Shown: positions 13,100-26,100, numbered from the stretch's first letter. The stretch is 64,000 bases of DNA from Azolla caroliniana (GCA_043228905.1 JBHGNT010000016.1:10974001-11038000), one strand, 5' to 3'. Notes: generated by a model from the letters alone, not told the origin. Numbers and translations are program-made.

Positions 13100-13770
13100 A
13101 AGAGAGGAATGGGCTGAAAATAAAAGAAGCCCTAAGTTTATTTTCAAACTATGCATATGTCCGGGCACTTCTTCCCCTTTATCATGTCACATAACATATG
13201 TTTACACATTTATCTTATTCAAATAAAAATATATGCTATAGCCTATAAATTGTAATTTGTAACCACTAAGACATGTACTATTGTTTTGGCCTTAGCAAAA
13301 TTTGATTGTATTAACAAATTTTAAACCTTCATTTTTACGTTTTTATAAAATATATGCCCGTCAAGATTGACGGTTTCATTTTCAAATTAACCTTCATATA
13401 TGGTAATTTGCCAAAAATGGTCAAAATGGTCGTCGAAAGGCAACATTGATCCCAACCATTCCATCTCTATACCTAAAGATACAAAATAAGAAGTTTTGGA
13501 TCTACTTATATACTTTAGGATCCTGATGTGTCCTATCTATGTGGGATATCTCACAATTTTGTTTTCCTCTTCTTCTCAAACTTCACCCTCACATAACTTG
13601 ATATTTAGTTGTCCATTTCATATGTAGTAAAATGCGTTCGGAAGCTCTTGAAGACATCCATCTTTTCACACCAAGATATTAAACTAATCGAAAATAATAC
13701 CTTCCAACGATTGTTTCATATCGTGTGTGAAGAACCACAGTTAATTTTGTATGTTCCTTGCAATTTTCAC
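11389..13770. mobile_element. Probable solo-LTR-like insertion carrying nested fragments; truncated duplicate at 5858-7908
   Basis: Begins tgtcgtgaaaat and ends attttcac (inverted termini, last 4 nt missing). Flanks accgg/accga. The host gag frame is restored on removal. The same terminus occurs inverted, ending at 29221. Confidence 0.6.
12389..13030 (-). pseudogene. hAT transposase remnant, duplicate copy
   Basis: Same sequence as 6858-7499 at +5531. Confidence 0.8.
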
Positions 13771-14786
13771 ACCGATGCCGAAAATCTTCATGACACCGGA
13801 AAACGACGGTGTCCAACTACAGTAGGAGCCATGTGGTTGGATCATCCGCATTCGTGTCGCTCCCATAGTTTGGCTACATTGATAGAAGATTTCTCCTTTC
13901 TGGTAAGCATCCATTTCAAGTCGATTTCAACGTGTTTTATGGACGAACGGTTCGTTCGTAAACACAAATTTCCGGTTGTTCGATTGTCCAAGCCAATCCC
14001 AATGGAAGCTATCGATGAACGCATGCTTTCTTTTGGAGTAGTCACAGAAGCCACTGTCCCATTTATCTTACAGCTCGGGGACCATTAGGAGGTCTTAACA
14101 TTTCATGTTATTACTTCACCGTGACATCCGGTCATCCTTGGTTTGTCTTGGCTAAAGGCACAAAATCCACTTATCGATTGATGAAATCACTCGATTACTT
14201 TCTTGCAAAACAACTCAGAGGTGCAAGCAGTATCTCATGTTGCAATAGCAATATGGCACAAATCGATTTCAGGTGCTCACCCTCCCATTAAAGCAGGAAT
14301 CAATTCCAAGGCGGATGCTCACGCCCCCGCCACAACAAGGAAAATAGTACATAGTGCCTCTGAGTCGAGCAATCCAATAAGGACAACTACCGACTCAGTA
14401 CCATCCAAGTATGAAGACTTCAGGGACGTGTTTGAGAAAAAGAATGTTGATCACTTGCTTGAGCATCGACCCTACGACTGTCTGATTGATCTACAAGAAG
14501 GTGTCCTTCCTCCCTTCGGCCCAATTTATGGATTGTCGGAACCAAAAATACAGGCACTCCGAATTTATCTCGACAAGAACCTGGAAAAGGGTTTTATTGA
14601 ACCCTCAAAATCACCAACAGGAGTTCCTATTTTGTTCGTGAAAAAGAAAGATGGCTCCTTACGCCTCTACGTTGATTATCAGGGTCTAAACAATATTACT
14701 GTTCGCAACCGATACCCACTACCTCTCATCCCAAGCTGTTGGATCGACTCCGAATTGGGAGGATCTTCTCTAAGATTGACCTACGG

Positions 14787-15589
14787 TGTCGAGGAAATCC
14801 TCACGGATGTGCAGAAGTTGGGCAGGACCACGGGGGTCTTGAACCAAGGAATCGAAAAGTGAGGAGGAAGAGTTTGTGGTTTACGAGAGCCCTGAGACCG
14901 TGGTTTAAACAGAAAAAAGATTAGCGAAACGAGAGAGATAGTGTAGGAGGATCGTGCGTAGACACAGGCGCAGACAAATATGCTAAGAACAACTTGCGTT
15001 AGGTGGATAAGCTTCTATTAATCAATATAGGTGTGTGGCACTGTGGGTGATTACAACCGGATCAGTGTCGGTGTTTGAGCGTAGGCTCTACAGTAGTCAG
15101 ATATGGAGATGAGTGGGCACACAAAAGGTCGATCCCCTGGTCGGGAGCACTCGGGCGTCTGACGCGAGCAAGGGAAGCGCCTTCTGGTCGCATGTCGTAA
15201 GACTCCTCGTCTTCTTTTGTCTTGTCTCCTTTCTCCTCTCTCCCTCTTTTCTCCTCTCTTTGAACGACCTTTCTCTAAAAAAAAGGACATCCCCAAAACA
15301 GTTGAGGGTCGCCCCTTTTATAGCACGAGGAGTGACCGTTACAGAGCTTTCATAGCCTTGTCGCTTTAACTTCCTAAATTCTCCCCCCCCCCCTGATTCG
15401 CTCTCCTTGTAACTCTCCCTACTTACGCGATGTCTGAATCGCTATTAGTGCTTTAACTACCTAGTACACCTCCCTTTCCCTATGCCTAGTACTTACACTA
15501 TCTAATTCACAAGGGGTGTGCACTCGTGCACACCAATGCTCCCACGCGTTTCACTTTGTTTCTACCGATGGCCCGGAATCTTCACGACA
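14787..15589 (-). repeat. 3' LTR of the Trp-primed Gypsy
   Basis: Direct repeat of 20006-20776 with several indels; adjacent PPT tccacccccactaaa on +. Confidence 0.93.
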
Positions 15590-18500
15590 TCCACCCCCAC
15601 TAAACCGCACATACTCCGTTATGTGCCAGGCAATGATTTTAGTGAGGGATTCTGGGCCATCTGCTACTCATCCTCCCTTTTTGAACTGGCACTTTCGGCT
15701 CCTAGGTTCGGTTCCGCCTCATTCCGCCTTTTGAAGGCCTTTATCCGCTTCCCGACCATTGGAGTCGTCATTCGGGTCCCGTCGAGCTCCGTGAGATTAT
15801 ACGTCGCGTTATTGTTGACGCTAATTACCACATATGGCCCGAACCATCATTTTGCAAACTTACGCGTAGACCTATGCTGGTTGTCGAGGCTGTTGTTATA
15901 GACTAACCCCCAATCGCCTTGCTCGATCTTCGTAGGCCGAAGCCCGTGTCCGGTCGAACTGGGCCTTGCTCCGGATTCTCGCTTCTTTCACCCGTGCCAT
16001 GGCCCGCTCCACATCTTCTGGCATTCACTCGAGTTGCCGGATTCGGGCCGCAAGCAATTCTACTCGGCTCATTTCATTGGCCCAATCAATTGTCGTCCAC
16101 GAGGCAATCGTCCGCTCTACTAGAATGATGGGTTTCTGTCCGAACATTAGTTCCGCTGGCATGTACGCTATCACCGAATTGTGGGTAGTCCTGTCCGCCC
16201 ATAGCGCATAATGGAGCAACCTTGTCCAGTCACTGACTCGTCCTTCGCATGTGCGTACAATGGCTTTTACGATCAGACCGTGGCCCTGCTCAATCTTTCC
16301 GTTTGCCTCCGAGTTGTATGCCATCGTGAGGGACAGTTTTACACCTAACCGATCTAACAGTTCCTCGGCCTCTTCCGGGCCTAGCTCGCCTCGGTCGGCC
16401 ATGATTTTAACCACGCATCTGTATCGGCATATGACATTTTCTATCAGAAACTTACATACTGCCATGGTGGTCTTGTTCGTTAGCGCTCGGCCCTCTACCT
16501 GGTTCGTTAGGTCTTCTCTAGCCAGCACCAGGTATCACTTCTGACCCTCTCCCATCGGCATGGTTACTAAGCCGACCATCCATTTGAAGTGCAGGGCCGG
16601 GGGGTAGGTCGGGTGCAACTCGTCGCGGTATCAAACCACTAAGTGCATCTGGCAGCTTTCGCACGTGGACACGAAATCATGCACGCTCTTATATATACCC
16701 GGCCACCTATATTTCTCCTTTTTAACTTCTCGAATGTGGCCCATGTACCCCGGTGTCCAGACCAAGGGCTTTCGTGGAACTCCGATATTAGCCTCTCTTG
16801 ATCATCCGCCCGTGCTATTACCCGGAGTGGCGCGTCGTTTCGCCTTTTTGGGCCCTCTAGATTTTCCCGTTCCGTAAGAAGTACCGGTATGCCCTTTTTC
16901 GGAGCTGTCCCGCCTCCTTCCTAGTCATCGTGGGGTCTGCCGTCATTGTTTTTCGAAACCTTCCAATTAGAAGCCACTCCCCATCATAGTCGTCTTCGTC
17001 AAACTCATTCAGGGGCGGAGCGCTTCTTCCTTTTATCCTCATGCTTGCTTATTCGAAGAAGTCTGCGCTGACTTCTTCGTTCTCAGATACCATGTCGTCC
17101 TCGTCCTCGAACCTTGCTCTGGAAAGCATATCGGCCATGGCGTTGTCTTTACCCAAGATGTGTCGTATCTCTAGGTTCAAGGACTTGATGTACGCAATCC
17201 ACCTGAGCATGGCCAGGTCGGGAGTTGCGCATCCGGAGACCATACCGAGAATCGGAAGGTAATCCGTTTCTATAATCACTTCTGTCCCGATTAGATAATC
17301 CTTGTCGACCCTAACCACCGAAACGATACCCCATAGCTCGCGCTTGACTTGGGCGTATCCTCGTTGTCGCTCGCTTAGTACCTTCGCACCGAACCGGATA
17401 GGGAAACGCGTGCCCTCTTCGTCCTCTTGATTTACGACCCATCTGATACTGGTCGGGCTAGTGTCCACCTTGATGTAGGCTGGGGTTCCCGGTGCATATT
17501 CTGCTTTGCGTAAAGCTGGTGCCTCGGCAAGCGTTCGTTTTAGCCTCCGGACTGCCTCGGTATGTTCCTTTGTCCATTCGAATTTCCTGCTCTTTTTTAG
17601 CAAGCCATAGAGTGGTTCGGCAACGTGCGCGTAATGAGGGATCCATATGTGGTAAAAGGTGCATGCTCCTAAGAATCGTCGAACCTTTGTGACAGATCCG
17701 CACTCCTCCTTCATTGCTGAGATGGCCTCTACCTTGGTCGGCAATGGCTTCCGTTTGTACGACCCACATAGATGGCCCACCACTAAGATCTCTGGCTGTC
17801 CGAAGGCCCACTTTTCTCTCGAGAAGGTAAACCGCGCGCCTTCGAGCCTCTGTAGTATTTTCTCGCAGTCGGAGATATGGTCGGTGACAAACCTTCGGCA
17901 CCCGTCTGTGTAGATCGATTCATCCTTGGTGTCCTCCGGACACCCCTTGATAGGGATGTCGTCCAGGAAAGCCATGGTGATGTCCGGAATGCAGTCCCGC
18001 AAGACTTTGTTCATTGCATTTACCATGTGTGCCATCAAGTTGGTCCCTCCCTGTGGCAGGGTACACATTCGAACCAGGCCGAGAGGGGTTCGCATTGTTG
18101 TGATGTCCCTGCTTTCCACGGTCAACTGGAACTGGTCGTACCCCCGAGTAAAGGTCTCTGATCGAGTATATGGACCTTCCGACAAAGGCTTCCGTGAAGT
18201 CATCGATCGACGTCCCAACTCGCGTATTGTGGATGGTCACCTTGTTGACCAGTTGTAAGTCCTTGATGAAGTGCAACGTATCGTTCTTCTTTGGTACCAT
18301 AAACCACTGGTTAGAGTAAGGGGCACTCGATGGTTCGAGGATGCCTAGCTCCACCTTCTGCGTAAGAAGCTCCATCAACATTGGCATGTGAGCTCTCGGT
18401 AATTGAATTGGTTTGAGACTCCATAGCACGTGCGGCACGGTAAAGATCACCATTGGTTCGACAATGGTTGGGTCGACACATCCGATCTCTCCCGACGAGA

Positions 18501-19983
18501 ATGCGAAAGCTTTCCCATGCTTCTCGAGCATCCTTCTAAACTGGTCCTCTTCCGCCGGCAGTAAGTAGGAAGTCACCCCCACCGATCTTCACCTATGCCG
18601 GCCGGATCTCGCAAGCTCGGGTCGGTAGCGACCCCCTTTATTCGTTCCTAGCTGCCCTCCGGTAAGGGGGCCATGACGGGCTTCACCTTTCGGTCCACAG
18701 TCTTGTACTTGGTCTCTACTCGGGCGATCCGATGCGCCCTGGTTTTTCTTTTGAAGTCTGCAATGACTTCATACATGTCAACCGAGTTCCGATATGGCTC
18801 GTTCTTCGCTTAGGCCTCCCTCGACTACCTTCCTGATTTCTCCAAGGGTATCATCGACCGAGACCGCCTCCACGGCTTCCCCAATCCCCTCGTCGTGACT
18901 CAAAGCTCTGCATGCTTTAAAGCGTATCTCGGCCCACTTTCTTTCTCGGCCACTGATGCTGGCAATGATACATCCACCGTTGTCGGAGAACAAAACTTTC
19001 CTCCCTAGTTTACAGATGTGGGGAATTTTCCGGCTATCCGGACAATTGTGGCCCCACGCCTTGATAGCCCTTTCTAAAACTCCGTCGTGTTGTTATTTCC
19101 GAGGGTGTCCCTGTTCCGCTCGTGATTCTTCCGAACGGTCAAAAATAGGACAAAGTGACATCCGTCTTGACATTTTACCCTCGCATAGGCTGAACCATTG
19201 TCCAACACTTTCGTCTCCATTCTAACCGTCGTGATGTATGGTTTGCCGATCAGGGCCTCGTAGTTCCTGCACGCGGCCTCCACAAAGCCGGTGCTCTCCT
19301 CCACGGGGTCACTCCAGCCGGTAACTTCGCGCACATGCTCCTCCGCGTGCTCCGCTTCTCCCTTCTGCAAACCTTCTTCCGGACAAGGTCTCGAGAATAA
19401 CCGGCCAGAACCCAGGGTTTGACTCGGGTTTGGCCGCCTTTTCGCCTATGTGGATGCCGGCCGAAGCCGAGTAGTGAACGGCTTCGACGTGCCATGCCGC
19501 GGCTTCTTCCATTAGCCTCTTCATGCCACCTCGTCCGAAATTCGCGTCAACCAATCTTCGCATGCCGCTTGCATTTTGACCCTTGTCGGGGCTGTTGACC
19601 CAATCCATAAAGACCTTTCTCAATAACCGGAGTGAGTCGTCATAACTGTATCTTTCGAGAACTTCCTCCACGAACTACGCTCAATCACGACAGTCCACTT
19701 GTATTTCGGTCATCTCTGTATGGATGTGTGGTGCCACAACCCGGGTAAACCCTGTCAATTGTCTATCCCTGGGTATATTCCTCATCTGCATCTCAGATTT
19801 GTAGGCCTCTAAGTAACTTGTGGCGTCTTTTCCACTAAACCGGCCTATCTTGTCGATCGTTGCTTCTATGGCCCTATCAAGGGCACTCCCGCCCTCGCAA
19901 GCGCTAACCAGGCTGTCTACCGCCACCACCATTGCTTTTGCCAGTTCGCTCCCTCTCATTTTCAGATTCCTTTGCCGCCCTTC

Positions 19984-20001
19984 TTCACGTCGGGTTCACC
20001 A
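19984..20001 (-). promoter_or_regulatory. PBS complementary to the tRNA-Trp 3' end
   Basis: ttcacgtcgggttcacca on + matches, from memory, the last 18 nt of plant cytosolic tRNA-Trp; lies 4 nt from the LTR. Confidence 0.8.
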
Positions 20002-20005
20002 AATA

Positions 20006-20776
20006 TGTCGAGGAAATCCTCGCGGATGCGTAGAAGTTGTGCAGGACCACAGGGGTCTTGAACCAAGGAATCGAGAAGTGAGGAGGAAGAGTCTGTGGTT
20101 TACGAGTGCCCTGAGACCGCGGTTTAAACAGAAAAAAGATTAGCAAAACGAGAGAGATAGTGTCGGAGGATCGTGCATAGACAGCTATGCTAAGAACAAC
20201 TTGCGTTAGGTGGATAAGCTTCTATTAATCAATATAAGCCCGTGGCGCTGTGGGTGATTACAACCGGATCAGTGCCGTGTTCGAGCGTAGGCTCCATAGT
20301 AGTCAGATATGGAGATGAGTGGGCACACAGAAGGTCAATCCCTTGGTCGGGAGCACTCGGGCGTCTGACGCGAGCAGGGGAAGCGCCTTCCGGTCCACAC
20401 GTAGTAAGACTGCTTATCTTCTTTTGTCTTGTCTCCTTTCTCCTCTCTTTCAATGACCTTTCTCTAAAAGAAATGACATCCCCAAAACAGTCGAGGGTCG
20501 CCCCTTTTATAGCACGAGGAGTGACCGTTACAAAGCATTCATGGCCTTGTCGATTTAACTTCCTAAATTCTCCCCCCCCTGAATCGCTCTCCTCGTAACT
20601 CTCCCTACTTACGCGATGTCTGAATCGTTATTAGTGCTTTAACTACCTAGTACACCTCCCTTTCCCTATGCCTAGTACTTAACACTATCTAATTCACGAG
20701 GGGTGTGCACTCGTGCACACCAGTGCTCCCGCGCGTTTCACTTTGTTTCTACCGATGGCCCGGAATCTTCACAACA
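20006..20776 (-). repeat. 5' LTR of the Trp-primed Gypsy
   Basis: Direct repeat of 14787-15589; PBS adjacent. Confidence 0.93.
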
Positions 20777-22510
20777 ACGGGGAGCATACAATCTGGTACG
20801 GATCAAAGCTGGAGATGAATGGAAAATCGTCTTTAGGACGCGCTACGGTCATTTCGAGTATAAGGTAATGCCTTTTGGCCTCACTAATGCTCCTTTAGTA
20901 TTTCAGCATATGATGAATGACATCTTCCGAGAATATCTAGTTCACTTTGTTGTGATCTATCTAGATGATATCTTGGTCTTCTCTTCAAACATCAAGGAGC
21001 ATACTCGACATGTCAGGTTGGTCCTCGCCAAATTTCGCGAGCATGGACTCTATGCTAAAAGTGAAAAATGTGAATTTGATCGTACTTCTGTAGAGTTTCT
21101 TGGGTATGTCATCTCGACACAAGGAATCACAATGGACACATAGAAAGTCAAGACTATCCGAGTGTGGGCTGTCCCAACTTGGGTACGAGATGTGCAATCA
21201 TTCCTCAATTTTGCTAATTTTTATCATCACTTCATCAAAGGATTCTCAATGATTGCAAAACCTCTCATTGTTCTTACGCACAAGGATGCTACTTTTGAAT
21301 GGATAACAATTGCACAAAAGGTGTTCAACTTGCTGAAACAAGCCTTTACTATGACACCAATCCTTTTACATCCTGACCCCACTAAGCCTTTCCAAGTCGA
21401 AACGGATGCTTCCGATTTTACCATTGGGGTGATCCTCTCCCAGCCTGATGAGGTCGGTGTACTTCACCCGGTGGCTTACTACTCCCGCAAATTCATGGGC
21501 CCAGAAATCAACTACCCCATATACATCAAGGATCTTCTCACTATTATTGCTGCTTTTGAAGAATGGAGACCCTATTTAGCCGGTGTGCAACACCGTATCA
21601 AAGTGATTACCGATCACAAAAATCTAATATACTTTTCTACCACACGAACTTTAAATCGTAGACAGGTGTGATGGTCAACCTTCTTGACAGACTATGATTT
21701 TGAGATAATCTTTCGACCCGACGATCCACACACGACGACTGATTTCTTATCTCGTCGGTCTGAGTTCGAGCTCACTCCGGAGGATGAAGCCTATGTCAAA
21801 CAGTCGTAGAGTTTGTTAAAGCATGACCAATTCTACAACTTCACAACTTTCTTGCTCTGGGATGACTCTTTGCTCAAGCAAATAGCAGAAGCCACTACGA
21901 CTGACAAGTTCGTCACAGATGTAAAGACAAGTATCAGAAACCCCTCCCATGAACCCAAATGGCCCGATTTAGGTCATTTTACAATTCAGGATAATCTTTT
22001 GTATGTCCTAGAAGGTCCATGTCGGACCAAGATGCTCCACGAGTGTCACGATGATCCACTTGTTGGTCATTTTGGCATTTCGAAAACCTTAGAGTTGATA
22101 TCTCGGGGGTACTAGTGGCCACAGAAATTGGTCAAAGAGTTCGTTAAGTCATGTGACATGTGTGCTCCCTCTAAAGCATCTCATCATCAACCATATTGTG
22201 ACAACTAAAAGAACCGGCCAAAGTCAGACTTGGTCGAGGAGGAGAAACGATCAACAACAATCAAAATCGCGTAGCGGAACGTTGAATGCCCACTACACCC
22301 ACTATAGGAAAGCCTGCCACAACATTGCCGATTGTTGGTCGATCAACACGAAGGGTAATGGTCTAAAATTTGATCGGAATACAGGCACGCGGAAGCTCTA
22401 CTCAATTGGAAGGCAAAAGAAGAAGGATCAACAACGTCGAGAGGCATCATCAACAAAGAATCACCTTCTTCTATATTCCACTCTCTTCTTTCCTCCACAT
22501 CTCTTCCCCC

Positions 22511-22786
22511 TGTTGGGAACTCAAGGTTCCTTATGTCTGACGCTCGGCCACAACCGAGATTCTTTACATACACAGAAAAACAGGTAATGAAACGCGACAC
22601 AAAAGAGAAGAAATGGTACACAGGAGGTATACATGGAAAACCCCAAAATAGGGGAAAAACCACGGCAGCCCACAAGCTGCAAACTGTCACTATGCAGAAA
22701 TATACAACAGTGAGATCACTGAGGCAACGACCTCGTGCTCTTAGATCTTCGCCACAGGCAGCGGTTACAACAGAGGCAACGACCTC

Positions 22787-22829
<43 letters not shown>

Positions 22830-23149
22830 CAGTTACGCGCGAAAGAATAATAACATAAAACAACAACTAAAAAAGTTTGCCCTAAGTCCTATTTATACTA
22901 ATATGACTTTTCGGCTATTTACAAATGTAGCCTCGATGGGCTCCATCCGACTCTCTGCAGTCGGGTACTCTCATCCGGTTCATACCGGGCCTACACCATC
23001 CGACTCTCCGAAGTCGGGTTCCCCTCATCCGGTTCATACCGGGCCTACACCATCCGACTCTCCGAAGTCGGGTTCTCCCCATCCGGTTCATACCGTTTCG
23101 TCGGCACTGTTCTTCTCCCTTCCCATCCGGAGGGACCTGTCTACCAACA
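22511..23149 (-). repeat. 3' LTR of Copia B, with (CT)n and about three 54-bp U3 repeats
   Basis: tgttgg...ccaaca termini; direct repeat of 27242-27862. Confidence 0.95.
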
Positions 23150-23159
23150 AACTCCCCCT

Positions 23160-26100
23160 TCACTCCGGCATGGGGTGTCTTTCCAGCCCGATCCTCTTCC
23201 GGCACGCGTCCAACTTGTCGGGTGTCAACACTTTGGTCAGCATATCGGACCCGTTCTCGGCCGTGTGGATCTTCGTTAGTGCGAACTCCTGGTCATCTAC
23301 CCTTTCCTGGATCCAGTGATACCTCCGCTGGATATGCTTTGTCCAGGAATGGTAGGCCGCATTCTTAGCAAGGTGGATGGCACTTTGACTGTCGCAGTAG
23401 AGCCGGTATTCCTCTTGCCGGATACCGAGCTCCCCGATGAAGTCCTTCATCCATAATATTTCCTTGCCGGCTTCCACAGCCGCCATGCCATGTACTCCGC
23501 CTCTGTGGTTGACAATGCAACCGTCTTTTGCAGCCTCGACTGCCACGAGACAGCTCCCCCTGCATATGTCATCACATACCCGGATGTAGACCGGCTGGTA
23601 TCCACATCAGCCGACATGTCCGAATCGGTGAAACCGTGCAGTTGAGGTTTCCTGGAGCCGAATCGGAAACACATATTTGACGTGCCCTTCAAATACCGGA
23701 GTATCCACTTGACCGCATTCCAATGCTCCTTGCCGGGATTGCTCATAAACCGGCTCACCACTCCGACTACGTATCCAATGTCCGGTCGGGTACAAACCAT
23801 TGCATACATCAAGCTCCCGACAGCAGAGGCATATGGGATATTCATCATATCTGCCTTCTCTCCTTTTGTCTTCGGGCTTTGCTTGCCGGACAACTTGCAG
23901 TTTGCCGGAAGTGTCGATCCGACCGGTTTTGCATCTGACATGTTGAACCGGTGAAGCACCTTTGTCACATACTTCTCCTGTGACAGCCATAATTGCTTCA
24001 CTGACCGGTCCCGAATGATGTGCATCCCCAACATCTGTCTTGCCGGACCCAAGTCCTTCATTGAGAAGGTCCGGTTGAGAGCCTTCTTCAGCATCCGAAT
24101 TTTTTCTTGGTCTCGTCCGACGATCAACATGTCATCCACGTACAGGAGGAGTATTAGGAAGTCCCCTCCTTCGAACTTCTTCACAAACACGCAGTGATCG
24201 GCCTGCGTCTTGTGGAACCCTTGATCGGTCATGAAGGAGTCGAACTTCCGGTACCATTGCCGGGGAGCCTGCTTCAGTCCGTACAGGCTCTTCTTCAACC
24301 GGCATACCAGGTGCTCCTTCCCTTTCTCCACAAATCCTTCCGGTTGCTGCATGTAGATTTCCTCTTCGAGGTCGCCGTGGAGGAATGTCGTCTTCACGTC
24401 TAGCTGCTCTACCTCGAGATCCATGCTTGCTGCTATACTCAGCACCGTCCGGATGGAGGTCATCTTTACTACCGGGGCAAATATTTCGTCGAAGTCCACG
24501 CCCTTCTTCTGCTGGAACCCCTTCACCACGATCCTGGCTTTGTATCTCGGGGGGTCGCCGGCGTCTCCCGGTTTCAACTTGAACACCCACTTGTTTCGGA
24601 GTGCCCGCTTTCCTTTCGGCAGCTCCACCAATTCGTACGTATGGTTCTCATGCAAGGAATCCATCTCATCCTGCATGGCACTTAACCATTTTCGGTTGTG
24701 GGTGTCTTCCTTCGCTTCTTCGAAGCTTTCTGGCTCCCCCTCATCGGTCAGTAGGACATGCTCTGCATCCGGAAATCTCCGGGGCGCCCTTCTCTCTCTG
24801 AGAGGATATCTACGTCTTCGGGCTTCGGTAATCGGTTCCTCCATTTGCTCTTCATCCGAATCCGATTCGGGGTCTTGACCGGTTCCGGTCTCAGCTTCCT
24901 CTACTTCTTCTTCTGCCGGTTTGGTATCCTCACCGTAACCGACTGGTTCCTCGAGTGCTAACCGGTCTCTTGCTGGTTGGGTCTGCTCATTGTAGAGTCT
25001 ATCTTTACCGGTCGACTCGGAGTTCATTACCTTCTTCTCCGACTCCCAGTCGGCGAGCGTCTTGTCCTCCATGAAGATAATATCTCGACTCCGGAATACC
25101 TTCTTGTCGACCGGGTCCCACACTCGGTAGCTGAACTCACCGTCACCGTAATCGAGGAATATGCATGGCCGGGTCTTTGGATCTAACTTTCCTCTCCGGT
25201 CCTTTGCTACATGCACGTACGCGAGACACCCGAACACCCTCAGATGCCAGTAGGACACTTCCTTACCGGTCCATACTCTCTGTGGCGTGTCTCCGTCCAA
25301 GGGTACTGAGGGTGATCTGTTTATCACATATGTCGCCGTCGACAGTGCCTCAGCCCAAAACTTCTTGGGTAGTTTTGCATGCGCTAGCATACTCCGGACC
25401 CTCTCCATTATGGTCCGGTTCATCCTCTCGGCCAGTCCATTTAGTTCCGGCGTCTTCGGCACGGTAAATTCGAGCCGGATTCCCTTCGAGCGACAGTACT
25501 CCTCGAACTGCCCCCGGTACTCACCTCCGTTATCTACTCGAACCGCCTTCAGCTTCCGGCCGGTTTCTCTTTCCACTCTCGTGTGGAGCTCTTTGAAGAC
25601 AGATAACACCTGGTCCTTTGTCTTCAGCGGTGTGGCCCACAGCTTCCGGCTGTGGTCATCTATGAACGTCACGAAGTATTGCGCTCCGGCATGTGACTTC
25701 GTGTCCACTTGACAAACATCCGTATGCACCAACTCCAGTGGTGCATTACGTCTCATCGGTGGCCTTGGTCGGAAGGAGGTCCGGTTCTGCTTACCAGCCA
25801 GACAATCAGTGCACTTCTCTAAATGCACGTTCTTCACTGGGATGAGGTTGTCGTCTGCAAGCCTCTTCATCCCCTTCTCACTCATGTGACATAGCCTCTT
25901 GTGCCACAGCTCACCGGCAGTGTCGGAAGCCACGTTCACTTCTTCCAGACATAACCAGGTATTCATCAGGTATAGTGTGTTTACCTTCCGGGCCCGAGCC
26001 ACAATCAGGCTCCCTTTGCTGAACTTCATGACACCGTTCCGGATGCTACCCGTGTAGCCTTCATCATCTAGCCGACCGGCTGATATCAGGTTCAGACGAA

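Larger units (their letters stand above)
2378..13439. repeat. Tandem duplication, two 5531-bp units (2378-7908 and 7909-13439)
   Basis: Every ORF recurs at +5531 with an identical translation (2438/7969, 4688/10219, 7164/12695). Junction ...gtcgaaag-GC-cgagtgaag with 2-bp microhomology. Confidence 0.97.
14787..20776 (-). mobile_element. Two-LTR non-chromovirus-like Ty3/Gypsy element, decayed, with tRNA-Trp PBS and 4-bp TSD
   Basis: LTRs 14787-15589 and 20006-20776 (tgtcg...aca). TSD acgg at 14783-14786 and 20777-20780. PPT next to 15590. gag 19309-19959, RT-RH 17049-18582 (LPQGGTN, FLDD), integrase 16025-16528 (ADRGE, YNSEANG). Confidence 0.95.
9982..22196 (+). mobile_element. Tcn1/Tf1-like Gypsy element A, main copy, split by insertions at 11389-13770 and 14787-20776 and truncated in integrase
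   Basis: gag 10411-11388 rejoins in frame at 13771. Protease 13800-14200; RT (PILFVKKKDGSLRL...KIDLR | GAYNLVRIK...YLDD); RNase H (ETDASD, TDHKNL); integrase HHCC region to 22196. Confidence 0.9.

Noticed and set aside
19984-20001. tRNA-Trp gene
   Set aside because: Only the 3' 18 nt including CCA are present, next to an LTR; this is a PBS.
22197-22510. Zinc-knuckle-like peptide HYTHYRKACHNIADCW
   Set aside because: Too degenerate and short to assign; no matching TSD links this segment to the 29221 terminus.
22735-23319. ORFs with SLSLSL and repeated peptides (also 4122-4369, 27465-27992, 61130-61605)
   Set aside because: Translations of (CT)n microsatellites and U3 tandem repeats within LTRs.
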